From: an uncultured virus (IMG/VR IMGVR_UViG_3300021389_000006)
Lineage: Duplodnaviria; Heunggongvirae; Uroviricota; Caudoviricetes
Length of the DNA stretch: 64,000 bases
Reading direction: 5' to 3' (one strand)
IMG/VR virus record: IMGVR_UViG_3300021389_000006
How positions within the stretch are numbered: the first letter of the stretch is position 1; each line of letters starts with the position of its first letter. Both the position numbers and the translations under genes were made by a program. Positions 16,882-27,800 of the stretch are shown here, piece by piece. A model generated the notes under the pieces. That model did no database searches. It was not told the DNA's origin and saw only the letters and a list, made by a program, of their open reading frames with translations.

Positions 16882-17556
16882 ATGGCAACAATTGGAGAAA
16901 CAATATCTAGAGTCAGAGGACAAGTAAAAGCAGAAGTTCAAGATGCTTTTATTACAGATAGATATATATACAGTCTAATAGAAAAGCATGCACAGTTTTT
17001 AATGAGAAGACAAGACTATGCAAATAAACTATTAAAGTTTAATTCAGTATGGAAAACTTTACCATATGTAGAACTTATTGAGGTAGATAAAATAGAAGCA
17101 CATTGTGCAGGGATTACAAGTGGCTGTACAATCAAACGTACAAAACATAAGTTGCCTTCTATGTTTGAAGGATATTGGGGACCACTGATCCGTACTATTA
17201 GTTCAATAGATGGTTCACAGGAATTACAAGCAACACAACCGGGCACGTATACTTCAATGACTAAATCAACTAGCTTTAAATATAACAACACATTATATTT
17301 TTGGTGGTTAGACGGATATATTTATTGTCCTAATATAGCATGGGATGCTATTAAAGTAGAAGGAGTTTTTGATTCTGATATTACTGCTTGGGATTGTGAT
17401 ACAACAAATGATTGTACTCCAAGATATAAACAAGAAATATATATACCTGAAGCATTATTTGCAGAGATAGAACAACAGGTAGTATCTACTATGATGAATA
17501 CATTAAAAGTTCCTTCTGAAGATTCTGATAATAAACGTAACTTAATGAGAAATTAA
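16882..17556 (+). CDS. Tail ring / structural protein
   Basis: MATIGETISRVR...ITDRYIYSLI N-terminus and YFWWLDGYIY...IKVEGVF pattern; synteny agrees. Confidence 0.6.
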   Translation: MATIGETISRVRGQVKAEVQDAFITDRYIYSLIEKHAQFLMRRQDYANKLLKFNSVWKTLPYVELIEVDKIEAHCAGITSGCTIKRTKHKLPSMFEGYWGPLIRTISSIDGSQELQATQPGTYTSMTKSTSFKYNNTLYFWWLDGYIYCPNIAWDAIKVEGVFDSDITAWDCDTTNDCTPRYKQEIYIPEALFAEIEQQVVSTMMNTLKVPSEDSDNKRNLMRN

Positions 17557-17567
17557 AATAAAAAATC

Positions 17568-18494
17568 ATGGGAGTATCACAAAAATATAGAACGTTCAGT
17601 CAATTAATGGAAGATGTTTCTATTGACTTTTCTAATTATGCATTAGAAGGAATGATAGAACCAGCTCAACTTATTAAAGTAGCTACTAGAGTTAACTATG
17701 ATCTAGGTTTAAAAATACATAGAACAAAAGAAGTTATTTTAGATATAGAGCATGGTAAAGCTCAAATGCCAATGGACTTTCAATATTTAAATTATGCATT
17801 TAGATGTGGCTCTTATTCAATAAATAATACAATGCCTTCTGGAACACATATAGAAACATTTAATGATGTTCCTTATGTACCAGCTCCAGGAGAATCAGGA
17901 CCATGTGAGGACCCTGAATGTAGAGATGTATGTGTAATTAAAACATGTGATGATAAGAATAGTTATCAATTAATTCAAAGAGTTGGACCAAGTAATTTTA
18001 GAACATTTACAGATTGGACTGAATTAAGAATACAAGGGGTAAATGATAAAGTTTGTTATTGTCCTGAACTGGGAGCTCAAGCACCAGATATAGCAGAATT
18101 AAAAGATGGATTTTTATTAACAACATTTAAAACAGGAAAAGTATATATAAGTTATCAAGGAGCTATGGAAAATGCTGCTGGTGAATTACTAGTATTAGAT
18201 CAACCATATTGCAATGAATACTATGAATATGCTATAAAGCAAAGAATACTTGAAAATATGGTATTTAATGGAGAAAATGTTTCTAATCAATTACAGCTTG
18301 TAGAAACAAGATTGCGTGCATCTAGAAATAATGCATTAAGTTTTGTTAATACTCCAAACTTTGCTGAGATGAAAAAGATGTGGGAAGTAAACAGAAGAGC
18401 ACAGTATCATAATTATTATAATATGTTTTTAAGTTATGCACCAATTAATCCTAGAATAGTATCAGGACCTAGAACTACTAGTACAGTTAAATAA
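17568..18494 (+). CDS. Tail tubular / ring protein (P22 gp4-like position)
   Basis: 308 aa with FLLTTFKTGKVYISY; immediately precedes the tail stabilisation gene as in crAss-like phages. Confidence 0.6.
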   Translation: MGVSQKYRTFSQLMEDVSIDFSNYALEGMIEPAQLIKVATRVNYDLGLKIHRTKEVILDIEHGKAQMPMDFQYLNYAFRCGSYSINNTMPSGTHIETFNDVPYVPAPGESGPCEDPECRDVCVIKTCDDKNSYQLIQRVGPSNFRTFTDWTELRIQGVNDKVCYCPELGAQAPDIAELKDGFLLTTFKTGKVYISYQGAMENAAGELLVLDQPYCNEYYEYAIKQRILENMVFNGENVSNQLQLVETRLRASRNNALSFVNTPNFAEMKKMWEVNRRAQYHNYYNMFLSYAPINPRIVSGPRTTSTVK

Positions 18495-18508
18495 AGAGTT
18501 AAGAAATT

Positions 18509-21500
18509 ATGGCAAAAAAACGTACAACTAATTCTGGTAGTAGAAGTAAGGTTCCATCAAAGGGGAGTTCATCAGTACAAACAAATTCCTTTATTAAGGG
18601 GATGAACAAAGACATTACTCCATCTTTGGAAAACAACCAAGCTTGGTGGCATGCACGTAATGTAGTAAATAATTCAGAGGATGGAGATTTAGGAATAATA
18701 GGTAATGAACCATCAAACTTATCTTGTGGTGTTATACCTTATACAGTTATTGGTGCTATACATAGATATGGTGATGAATGGATAGTATATTCTACAGATG
18801 ATATAAATTCTGAAATAGGTACATTTGATGATAGTGAATGTAAATATACAACACTAGTTAACGACACATGTTTAAATTTTTCAACTAAACATTTAATTAC
18901 AGGAGCAGCAAAAGAAAATTTTGATTGTTCATGGCAAGTATATTGGGATGATGGTAATAATCCATCTAGATCTTTAAATATAGATAATATACCATATAAA
19001 CAAGTTCAGGTAGCCGGTATAGATGTTAATGGTGAACCATGTTCAGAGTTTGTAGACTTAGAACCAAAAAAATTAAATTGTGAAAAAATAAGATTAGCTC
19101 CATTGGTAGATACTCCTTGTGTTGAAATAACTAAAGCAACTGATGGAGGAATGTTACAAAATGGATCCTATCAAGTTTTTATAGCTTATGTAGAAAATGA
19201 ACAAAAGGTAACAGATTATATTGGTATTTCAAATGTAATAGGATTGTGGAGTCATGAAGGTACAAGTAGTTCTTTAGATATTTCATTATCTAATTTAGAT
19301 CAAGATTTTTTTTATTATGAAGTAGTATTATTAAGAAGAAATCAAGGTCAAACATCAGCAAAAAAAATAGGTATATATAGTACTGAACAAGATTTTATTA
19401 ATATAGATAATGTTGATGAAAGTTTACCAGCTGTAGATTTAGTTACAATTCCATTGCGTAGTCCTGCATATGAAAAGTCTGAGTCTATGTTTGTTGTAAA
19501 TGATTGGTTGTTAAGACAAGGGCCTACAGAGCAATTTGATTTTAATTATCAACCTTTAGCAAATAACATTAAAGTTAACTATGTAATAAATCAACAACCT
19601 TCTACTTATTATCATTTAGCCGGACCTAAAGTAGGTTTTATGCGTGATGAGCAATATGCATTTTTTATTAGGTGGATATATAATACTGGAGAAAGATCTT
19701 CATCATATCATATACCTGGTAGAGCTCCAGTGATGTATAATACACCATCCGGACCAGAAATGGAAAATGCTATAATTGGTGGACAAAATGTATTAAATCA
19801 AATAGATGGTGAACCGGTTTTTAAAGTATATAATACAGCAGGTGCACCATCACCTGTGAATGAAGTACAACCAGACGGTTCTGTAATTATAGGAAGAGGG
19901 GAAATGGCATTTTGGGAATCCACAGAAAGATACCCAACTAATAGACCAGATATATGGGGGGATTTATGTGGTAAAAAAATTAGGCATCATAAAATGCCTG
20001 ATGAATCATTAGGTTCAGATTTAAGAATAAGTACAACAGAAGGGGATCTAATAAATCTTTTAGGGGTAGAGTTTTCTGATATTGCTATACCATTGTACAA
20101 TGATGGTACACCTATAGAAAATATAGTTGGATATGAAATACTAAGAGGATCTAGACAAGGAGCTAAATCAATTTTAGCAAAAGGTATGTTTAAAAATATG
20201 CGTAAGTATGATATACCTGGTCAAGCTAATTTATTAGGAACTGCCACACAAGGTTTGTATCCTAACTATCCTTACAATTGTTTACAGGATGATGTGTATT
20301 TTCATAAAGGAAAAGCAGGATCTTCAAGAGATCAAAGGTCAGGGTCAACAGATGCTTCATATTGTGGTAACCCAGCTGGTCCTTCACCACAGTGTTCTAC
20401 TAGTTTTACCGATAGTTTAGACTGTTATCCACCTTTATCAGGATACACGGATGATGTATTTACATTTTCTTCTCCAGATTTAATGTTTACTAAACCATTT
20501 TTAAATGCGTATGAAACTAAAATATACGGTGAACAACATGGTCATAGCACTGGTTATTTTAAAGCATCAGAAGATCATCCACAATTTAAATTACTTAGAC
20601 CGGTAGCATCTTCATTAGCATGTTTAATAGGAATTGGATATGCATTACATGCAGTACAAGGTACAACTCATAAAACAGCTGTACCATTATCAGGAAGTAA
20701 TGCTGATGGTAATGCTCCTTTTGTGGGTGTAGTTCCACCTTTAGTATCATCAGGAACTCAACTTATCTATGGTACTTCTATTGGTGTCCAAGCAGGGATA
20801 AGTGCATTATGGAATTTAGTAGTAGATGCACTTATTGATACTGCTATAGATGCAGCAGATTTATATACAGGAGGTGCAACATCCTCAACAGAATTAAATG
20901 CTATAGCAGAATCAAGAGCTTTAAAAGCTGCAATTCCTGGAATGTATGGTGGTGGTTCAGAACTTGGAGCTACATATGATACTCCAGAAAGTGCTATGCC
21001 ATCAGTACTTAGATTTATGGCAGGTATATCATTAGCACAAAAAAATATTGCAATAGGAGGTCAAGAAGTAATTGACTTAATGTATAACTTAATTGATCCA
21101 GCAGATTATGTTTTAAAATATAACTCTAATGGATTTTATAATAATTTTATACCAGCAAATATTAATAATACCTTCCGTGTAAAAAACAGTGATTCCAATT
21201 ATATAGGTTCATCTTTTCAAAGTTTTGACGGAACTAAGTATAAAATAAATAATTTATTTAGACCTAGCACAGTTGCTGTTTCAACTGAACTACCTTTAGC
21301 TGATCCTTTTACAAGAGATGATTCAAGATTTACTTTAGGTGGTAGTGCTACACAAGATTATGGAGATAGTAATTTAATTAATTTCCAAAGACCTTTTAGA
21401 AAAACTATTTCTTCATTATATGGAGCTCTTAAATTTAATTTTGATAATCAATATGGTCAGTTAGATGGAATAAAACAAGTACAAATGAGAGGGTGTGTTG

Positions 21501-24500
21501 AATTATTAGATCCTGAATATGCTGGATTATATACTTCAAAGCCAATGTTTAATGGAGATGTATATATTAATAGATATACTGAGAAATGTATTATGCCTAT
21601 TTTTACAGATTATTTAGTAGGCCAACCTAATGAGTATTCATTTGACTATTCATTATATGTAAATATTCCATACCCTAGATTTTGGTTAGATTCTTCTAAG
21701 TTTGATATAAGTGGTTTAGCCGGTGAAGTTGCATCAATAGGTTTTGCTAGTGGACCTTGGCAAGATAAAGTACCAACAGACAGATATTATTTAGATAGAG
21801 GTAATGATAATTGTCAATCAACTAGTTTATTTGGTTCTATATTTGGGTCTTTTGATACAGGTGGTGATCCAAACCCAGCATATAATATGAGATACGCATA
21901 TATGTATACTCATGTTAATGGGATAAATGAATTTTTTGTTGAGTCAGAAATTAATCTTGCATATAGAGATTGGGAAGATATGCCTGCTAAAAGATTTTAT
22001 GATATATATGAGTATAATGATATAGATGCACTGTTTAATGCAAGTATAGAAAAGAAAGATAATTTTTATAAATATGATGATTCTTTATCTGCATCTAAAT
22101 TTGTTACTCAAATATCTTCTTTTGGTCAAATACAACCCCGTGATTATGATCCTTACGTTGCAGCAAATTGTTATGTAAATTATCCTAAAAGATTAATATA
22201 TTCTTTACAAGCACAAGAAGAATCAAAAAGAGATTATTGGAGAGTATTCTTAAACTTTAATTATAAAGACTTTAAAAATGAAGTAAGTGTTATTAAACCT
22301 ATTAGTAAGAATGGAGCATTGGTGTTTTTCCCATATTTATCTCCTCAATTATTTAATGGAGTAGATACATTAAAATTAGGTTCAAATAATAATGTAACTA
22401 TTGGAGATGGTAAACTATTTAGTCAACCATTCCAAAACGTTGCTAATGCAGACATATCTAATGAATATGGATCATGTGAAAGTTTAAGAGGTGTAATAAA
22501 TACCTCAGCAGGTTTATTTTTTATATCACAACAACAAGGAAAAATATTTCAGTATGCTGGTAAAGGATTAGATCCTATATCTAACAATGGTATGAAATGG
22601 TGGTTTGCTAAATATTTACCATCAAGATTTATAAAGCAGTTCCCTGAATCAGAAAACACAGCATGGACAGATAATCCAGTAGCTGGTGTAGGATGTCAAG
22701 TAATGTATGACTCAGTAGATGATTTGGTTTATTTCATGAAAAAAGATTATCAATTAAAACCTGCTTATGTTGCTGATGCAACTTTTAGTGATACAGCTTC
22801 AAAACCTGTGACTATAACATCTGGAGTTTGGGGATCAATTAATGTTGATATTGGTGATCCAATATATTTTGATGATTGTTCATGGACTGTATCATATGAT
22901 CCAAAAGTAAAAGCATGGATCTCTTTCCATGATTGGCATCCTGAATTAGCATTACCAAGCATTAATCATTTCTTTACTACAAAGACAATAACTGGTACTA
23001 TACCACAATGTCCACCAGGATATAATTTTAATCCTGCTAATGGCTTATGTGAAATAGGTGTAAATGAAACAGTAAATGCAATTATAGATGTAGAAGAAGT
23101 TAATGCATCTGTATCAGGGGGACCACAAGATTGTTTACTAGATATAGTTATTGCAATGGATTGTTCAGGTAGTACAGGTACTCCTAATTATACACCTATG
23201 CAATTTGATTCTGCAGGAAATGTAATTCCAGGTACAGGTGTAATGAACAATACAGATAGAGCTACAGCACAAATGCGTTGGTTAGATGTATTTCTAAATA
23301 ATCCAGCAATAGCTGATGAATTAGCAGCAGGAAATATGCAGATAGGTTTACAAGCTTGGGCAGCAGACGCAGCATGGTGGACAGATCCAGCTGGTGGATA
23401 TACTAACCCAAGTATGGCAAGTGATTTGACTGGTGCTTTTGCATGTGGGTGGATGTCTACTGAAGGCTTTAACCTTACTAATGGTGGTGGAACAAATGCA
23501 CAACAAGCTTTACAACCTAATAACCCTACAACTAGTACAACAGGTGGAGCTTTTACTTTACTAAATAATAAGGCTGATTCTGATTTAGGAGATAGATCAG
23601 GAAACCCATTTTTTAGACAAATAATGATTACTGTTACAGATGGTACAAATGGTACCCCAGCAAACAGTGGACAAATGGCAGTTCTTCAATCACCAAATGT
23701 TATATCAGGAGGAGGTCAAGCAACAAATACAGGAGCTTGGGCTCTTGCTAATTTAGGCAGTAATACTGCACAAGAACTTTATGGGGTATTTTGTAATATT
23801 GGTCCAGGTGCTCCTCCAAATGCAGGAATACTTAATAGTCTTTCTAACACTGTATATTCCGGTGGTCCTGGGCAAAATCAATTTGTTATGGATTCACAAA
23901 ATCAAGCATCTTTAGATGCATCTGCTGCAGCTATTGCAGGAGCTGTGTGTCAAATACCTTATGTATGTGAATGTCCAGCGGGATATACACCAGTATATTT
24001 GAATGCTACATCATCAACATATACAGATGCTAGTGGAACATGTGATGACATAACACCTCCTATATGTAGAAAAGTAACTTGTTCTTGTCCACCTTCTACA
24101 GTAACAGGTGCTACAACAACAATAAGTGGAACATGTCCTGATAGTGCACCTGGTATATTTGATATAGGTGATCCAGGATATATTAATCCTGACCCAAGAT
24201 TGTGTAATTATTTTTATTATGATAGCACACCTGCAAATTATAATGTAGGAGGGTTTTGGAGACACAATGTAAGATGTGATTCATTTGTTAATTTTTATAA
24301 TGTAGATTATCCTTGGGAGATAGATTTAATTTCCAATACTGGTCAAGCTGTTAATACTGTCAGAAGTTTCCAATACCAATTAGAAACATATGTATATAAA
24401 GGAGATCCACAATACAACATGTGTGGTGGAGACAAATGGGAAGATTTAGATTATAATTTTGATGCATCTATTGTGTATAACAATGATCAAGTTTCAGGAT

Positions 24501-24865
24501 TATTAGTTCTAACTCCTCAACCATTCAATAGGCCTTGGGCAAATTTAGATTACCCAATAATAACACCAAACAACATGGAGATTCTTGTATCTAAAGAAGA
24601 ACATAAATTTAGATTTAATCAATTCTGGGATATTACTAATGATAGAGGAGAATTTACAAATGCAGAACAACCAATATTTAATACATCTTGTAACGGGTAT
24701 GTAAGAACATTAAATGCAACTAACCTTAATTACAACAAACCTCAAACACAACGTAAGAAGTTTAGACATTATTCTAATCAAGTTATTCTTAGAAGAAATG
24801 TATCAGGTAATAGAAAGATGTTATTAAGATTATATAATACTAAGTTACAATTATCAATGAGATAA
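18509..24865 (+). CDS. Tail stabilisation / muzzle protein (P22 gp10-like) with inserted vWA domain
   Basis: N-terminal NSFIKGMNKD...WHARN and C-terminal WTVSYDP..KAWISFHDWHP...WRHN...FY motifs of crAss tail stabilisers. vWA DIVIAMDCSGS at 23141-23173. Confidence 0.8.
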   Translation: MAKKRTTNSGSRSKVPSKGSSSVQTNSFIKGMNKDITPSLENNQAWWHARNVVNNSEDGDLGIIGNEPSNLSCGVIPYTVIGAIHRYGDEWIVYSTDDINSEIGTFDDSECKYTTLVNDTCLNFSTKHLITGAAKENFDCSWQVYWDDGNNPSRSLNIDNIPYKQVQVAGIDVNGEPCSEFVDLEPKKLNCEKIRLAPLVDTPCVEITKATDGGMLQNGSYQVFIAYVENEQKVTDYIGISNVIGLWSHEGTSSSLDISLSNLDQDFFYYEVVLLRRNQGQTSAKKIGIYSTEQDFINIDNVDESLPAVDLVTIPLRSPAYEKSESMFVVNDWLLRQGPTEQFDFNYQPLANNIKVNYVINQQPSTYYHLAGPKVGFMRDEQYAFFIRWIYNTGERSSSYHIPGRAPVMYNTPSGPEMENAIIGGQNVLNQIDGEPVFKVYNTAGAPSPVNEVQPDGSVIIGRGEMAFWESTERYPTNRPDIWGDLCGKKIRHHKMPDESLGSDLRISTTEGDLINLLGVEFSDIAIPLYNDGTPIENIVGYEILRGSRQGAKSILAKGMFKNMRKYDIPGQANLLGTATQGLYPNYPYNCLQDDVYFHKGKAGSSRDQRSGSTDASYCGNPAGPSPQCSTSFTDSLDCYPPLSGYTDDVFTFSSPDLMFTKPFLNAYETKIYGEQHGHSTGYFKASEDHPQFKLLRPVASSLACLIGIGYALHAVQGTTHKTAVPLSGSNADGNAPFVGVVPPLVSSGTQLIYGTSIGVQAGISALWNLVVDALIDTAIDAADLYTGGATSSTELNAIAESRALKAAIPGMYGGGSELGATYDTPESAMPSVLRFMAGISLAQKNIAIGGQEVIDLMYNLIDPADYVLKYNSNGFYNNFIPANINNTFRVKNSDSNYIGSSFQSFDGTKYKINNLFRPSTVAVSTELPLADPFTRDDSRFTLGGSATQDYGDSNLINFQRPFRKTISSLYGALKFNFDNQYGQLDGIKQVQMRGCVELLDPEYAGLYTSKPMFNGDVYINRYTEKCIMPIFTDYLVGQPNEYSFDYSLYVNIPYPRFWLDSSKFDISGLAGEVASIGFASGPWQDKVPTDRYYLDRGNDNCQSTSLFGSIFGSFDTGGDPNPAYNMRYAYMYTHVNGINEFFVESEINLAYRDWEDMPAKRFYDIYEYNDIDALFNASIEKKDNFYKYDDSLSASKFVTQISSFGQIQPRDYDPYVAANCYVNYPKRLIYSLQAQEESKRDYWRVFLNFNYKDFKNEVSVIKPISKNGALVFFPYLSPQLFNGVDTLKLGSNNNVTIGDGKLFSQPFQNVANADISNEYGSCESLRGVINTSAGLFFISQQQGKIFQYAGKGLDPISNNGMKWWFAKYLPSRFIKQFPESENTAWTDNPVAGVGCQVMYDSVDDLVYFMKKDYQLKPAYVADATFSDTASKPVTITSGVWGSINVDIGDPIYFDDCSWTVSYDPKVKAWISFHDWHPELALPSINHFFTTKTITGTIPQCPPGYNFNPANGLCEIGVNETVNAIIDVEEVNASVSGGPQDCLLDIVIAMDCSGSTGTPNYTPMQFDSAGNVIPGTGVMNNTDRATAQMRWLDVFLNNPAIADELAAGNMQIGLQAWAADAAWWTDPAGGYTNPSMASDLTGAFACGWMSTEGFNLTNGGGTNAQQALQPNNPTTSTTGGAFTLLNNKADSDLGDRSGNPFFRQIMITVTDGTNGTPANSGQMAVLQSPNVISGGGQATNTGAWALANLGSNTAQELYGVFCNIGPGAPPNAGILNSLSNTVYSGGPGQNQFVMDSQNQASLDASAAAIAGAVCQIPYVCECPAGYTPVYLNATSSTYTDASGTCDDITPPICRKVTCSCPPSTVTGATTTISGTCPDSAPGIFDIGDPGYINPDPRLCNYFYYDSTPANYNVGGFWRHNVRCDSFVNFYNVDYPWEIDLISNTGQAVNTVRSFQYQLETYVYKGDPQYNMCGGDKWEDLDYNFDASIVYNNDQVSGLLVLTPQPFNRPWANLDYPIITPNNMEILVSKEEHKFRFNQFWDITNDRGEFTNAEQPIFNTSCNGYVRTLNATNLNYNKPQTQRKKFRHYSNQVILRRNVSGNRKMLLRLYNTKLQLSMR

Positions 24866-24866
24866 A

Positions 24867-27800
24867 ATGGGAAAGAAAAAAAGCATAGGATTACCTGGAG
24901 GACCAAATGAGTTCTTACAAGATATAACACAGTATATATCTGTAGAAGGTTATAAACGTACTAGCTCTGATATAAACAATCCAGTTAATATTATTGAGTC
25001 AGGAAGTATAACAATGAAAGATGTAGATTTTCCTGTTTATGGTGTAGATAATCTTGGCAATGAACAAATGATGTTGCCTGAGAATGAATACCAATTTCCA
25101 GGTGATATGGTTGTAGAAATACCACAAGCTCAATTAGGAAAACTTGGTAAATTAGCTAAACCTTATGTAAAGAAAGGAATACAACTTATAAAAAATTATT
25201 TTGATGATGGTGTACGTGTTACTGATGACGTAGTTGAAGAAACTCCAAATGCAATGTCATTTTTTTCTGATACTCCTAAAAGATTAAATAGACCACCAGC
25301 TGAAGATTATATTTTTTACAGAAACACAAGTAATCCAGAAAGTATAATGAAACCTCTTGATTTTGCAAATCCTAGAGTGTATTCAAGTTGGAAAGCTCCT
25401 CAAAATTTAAGTTTTTTTACACCAAGTAATTCAGCATTTAGAGATTATGGTGCTCAAAAATGGGGAGCAAAAATTAGACCTAATAATCCTTTTATAGAAA
25501 ATAAAGCAAGAACATATTCAATAGAAGATGTACAAAAAATGATAGATGATGGGCATGATGCTATTATAACTAATAATTATGGTAAGTCAGATATAAGAGA
25601 TGCATATCAAATAATCCCTCTAGATAAAAGTATTATAAGTGAATTAAAAAGATATAAAGAATTAGGTGGTAGTTTACCAAAAGCACAAAAGGGCTTGGGT
25701 TGGTTAAGACCATATGCAAAGAAAGGAGTTAAGTATTTACAAGATCTTTTTCAAACTACGGATGCTGATGCAATATATAGAGGTGTATATTTAAATGATG
25801 AAATAAGAAACTTAGAAAAGTTTTTAGGTAAAACAGATGATGAGATTTTAGAGATTATGGGTACACAAATACCCGGCTCTACAGGTACTATTAGAAAAAG
25901 ACAATGGAATCAAACTATGAATTTTGGTAGAGATTTTGATATGGCAGCAGATCATGTTAGAAAATTTACTAACCCAAATTCAATTTATACATTGGGTAAT
26001 ACAGATGATTTTATTAATGGTCAAAAGTATGTTTTAAAAGTAAAACCTAATCCTGGATTGCGTACTATATCTGCTGAACAGAATAAAAAGTTATATAAAG
26101 AAGTTTGGAACAATACTGGATCTAAAGATTTTAGTTATAAAACTTTTTATGACGCAGGAAATGCAAGAGCATTTGGGCCTGATCTTCCAATAAGAACAGA
26201 AGGTGTAAATGTATTTGATGGAAACTTTCCACAATTTATTGGTGAAGAAGGAGATGTAATGGGTAAACTTATAAAAGCTATTCCTATTAAACAAAAGGCT
26301 GGTGAGATAAGGCAATATAATCCACCAGGATTCTTTGAAAAAGCTGCTGATGTATTAGCTAATCCTTTGACATCATTTGGTTATAGTGTACGTAATCAAG
26401 ATATTCCTGATAATGTAAATGTAGCTAATCCTAACAGAAATATTTATGATTCTATAATAGACATAGTTAATCCTTTTGCTTGGTATCAATATGCAGAAAA
26501 TGCTGATAGAAATTTTGAAGAAGGAGAATATATAGATGGAACTTTTGATGCATTAGGTGCTATACCTGTTATACCTGCATGGTTAGCTAAAGGTAAAAAT
26601 TTTAAAGGGCCAATTAAACAAGCAGTTAAAAAAGTAAAAGACGTAATAAAACCAGCTGATGATATGGTAGAAGTATTTACTACAGATGGTTCTAAGAAAT
26701 TAATGAAAAAAGCAGATGCAATAAGATTAAATAGAATTGAAGATGCTAATGTAAATAATCAAACGTTTGTAAATTATGAGGATGGTAATTGGTTTAGTGA
26801 TGAGATTACTCCATTTTATTTAAATGCAGCAAAAAATAGTTTAAAGCCAGGCTTGCTAAATCCTAAAGATCCTAAAAGATTATTTTCTGTATATCTTGAT
26901 CCAGCAGATGCTAAAGCATTTAATGTATCTAAAGGAGTAGCAACTGAGCGTGCAGCAAATATGAGTGGTGGTATGGGTAATATGCCAATTAACACTGAAT
27001 ATGTGTTACCTCCTTCAATAGTTGGAAAAATGAGAGCTAATGAAGTGGGAAGAGGATATAATACTATGATAGGCAATTCAGAAAGTATTATGCAAAATCT
27101 AACTGACTTCTATAAAAGACTTGGAGGTAGTTTTCAAGATGGTGGCAGTTGGAGAGATATTGAAATAAATTTAGATGGTGTAAAAAAATCTGTAGCTCAA
27201 GCAGAAAGCTTAGGTGGTAAATTAATGAAAAATAAACAATCAACTGCTTCTGGGTTATATGGTCAAAGATTTTCTGAATTAGATAAGTTAGGTTTATATG
27301 ACGGAACTAGAGATGAGTTTATAAAAGATTTAAAAGCTCAAGATGATATATTTACAAAAAGATTGTATGAAGGTTTTGTAGATGAGAATGGTCAAACAAT
27401 TGTAACACCATTAGTAAAAGATGCATATGATCTTACTATAGAGTATAAAGACCAACTAGGAGATAACTGGGATTACTCATATGAAGATATTATTAACCTA
27501 TCTAATTTTTTAGGTAGACAAGGAGCTAGAAAATACTTTGGAGAAGTAATTAGAGATGGTAAAGGTTTAGAGGAAGTTTACCCACATTTGTTTGGAGATC
27601 AAAGAACAAAAGGTAAAGATGGTAAACCTTTAGAAAATAAAACACCAGTACAATATTTAGAGACAAGTAGAAAGTTTTATAAAGCTGGTGGCTCATTACC
27701 AAAAGGTCAGAATGGTAATAGAGAAGTGAATGTAGTTCAACAAGATAATACTAGAGTAGCATTACCTAGGGCACCAAGGTTGCCTTTACAGACTTTACCT

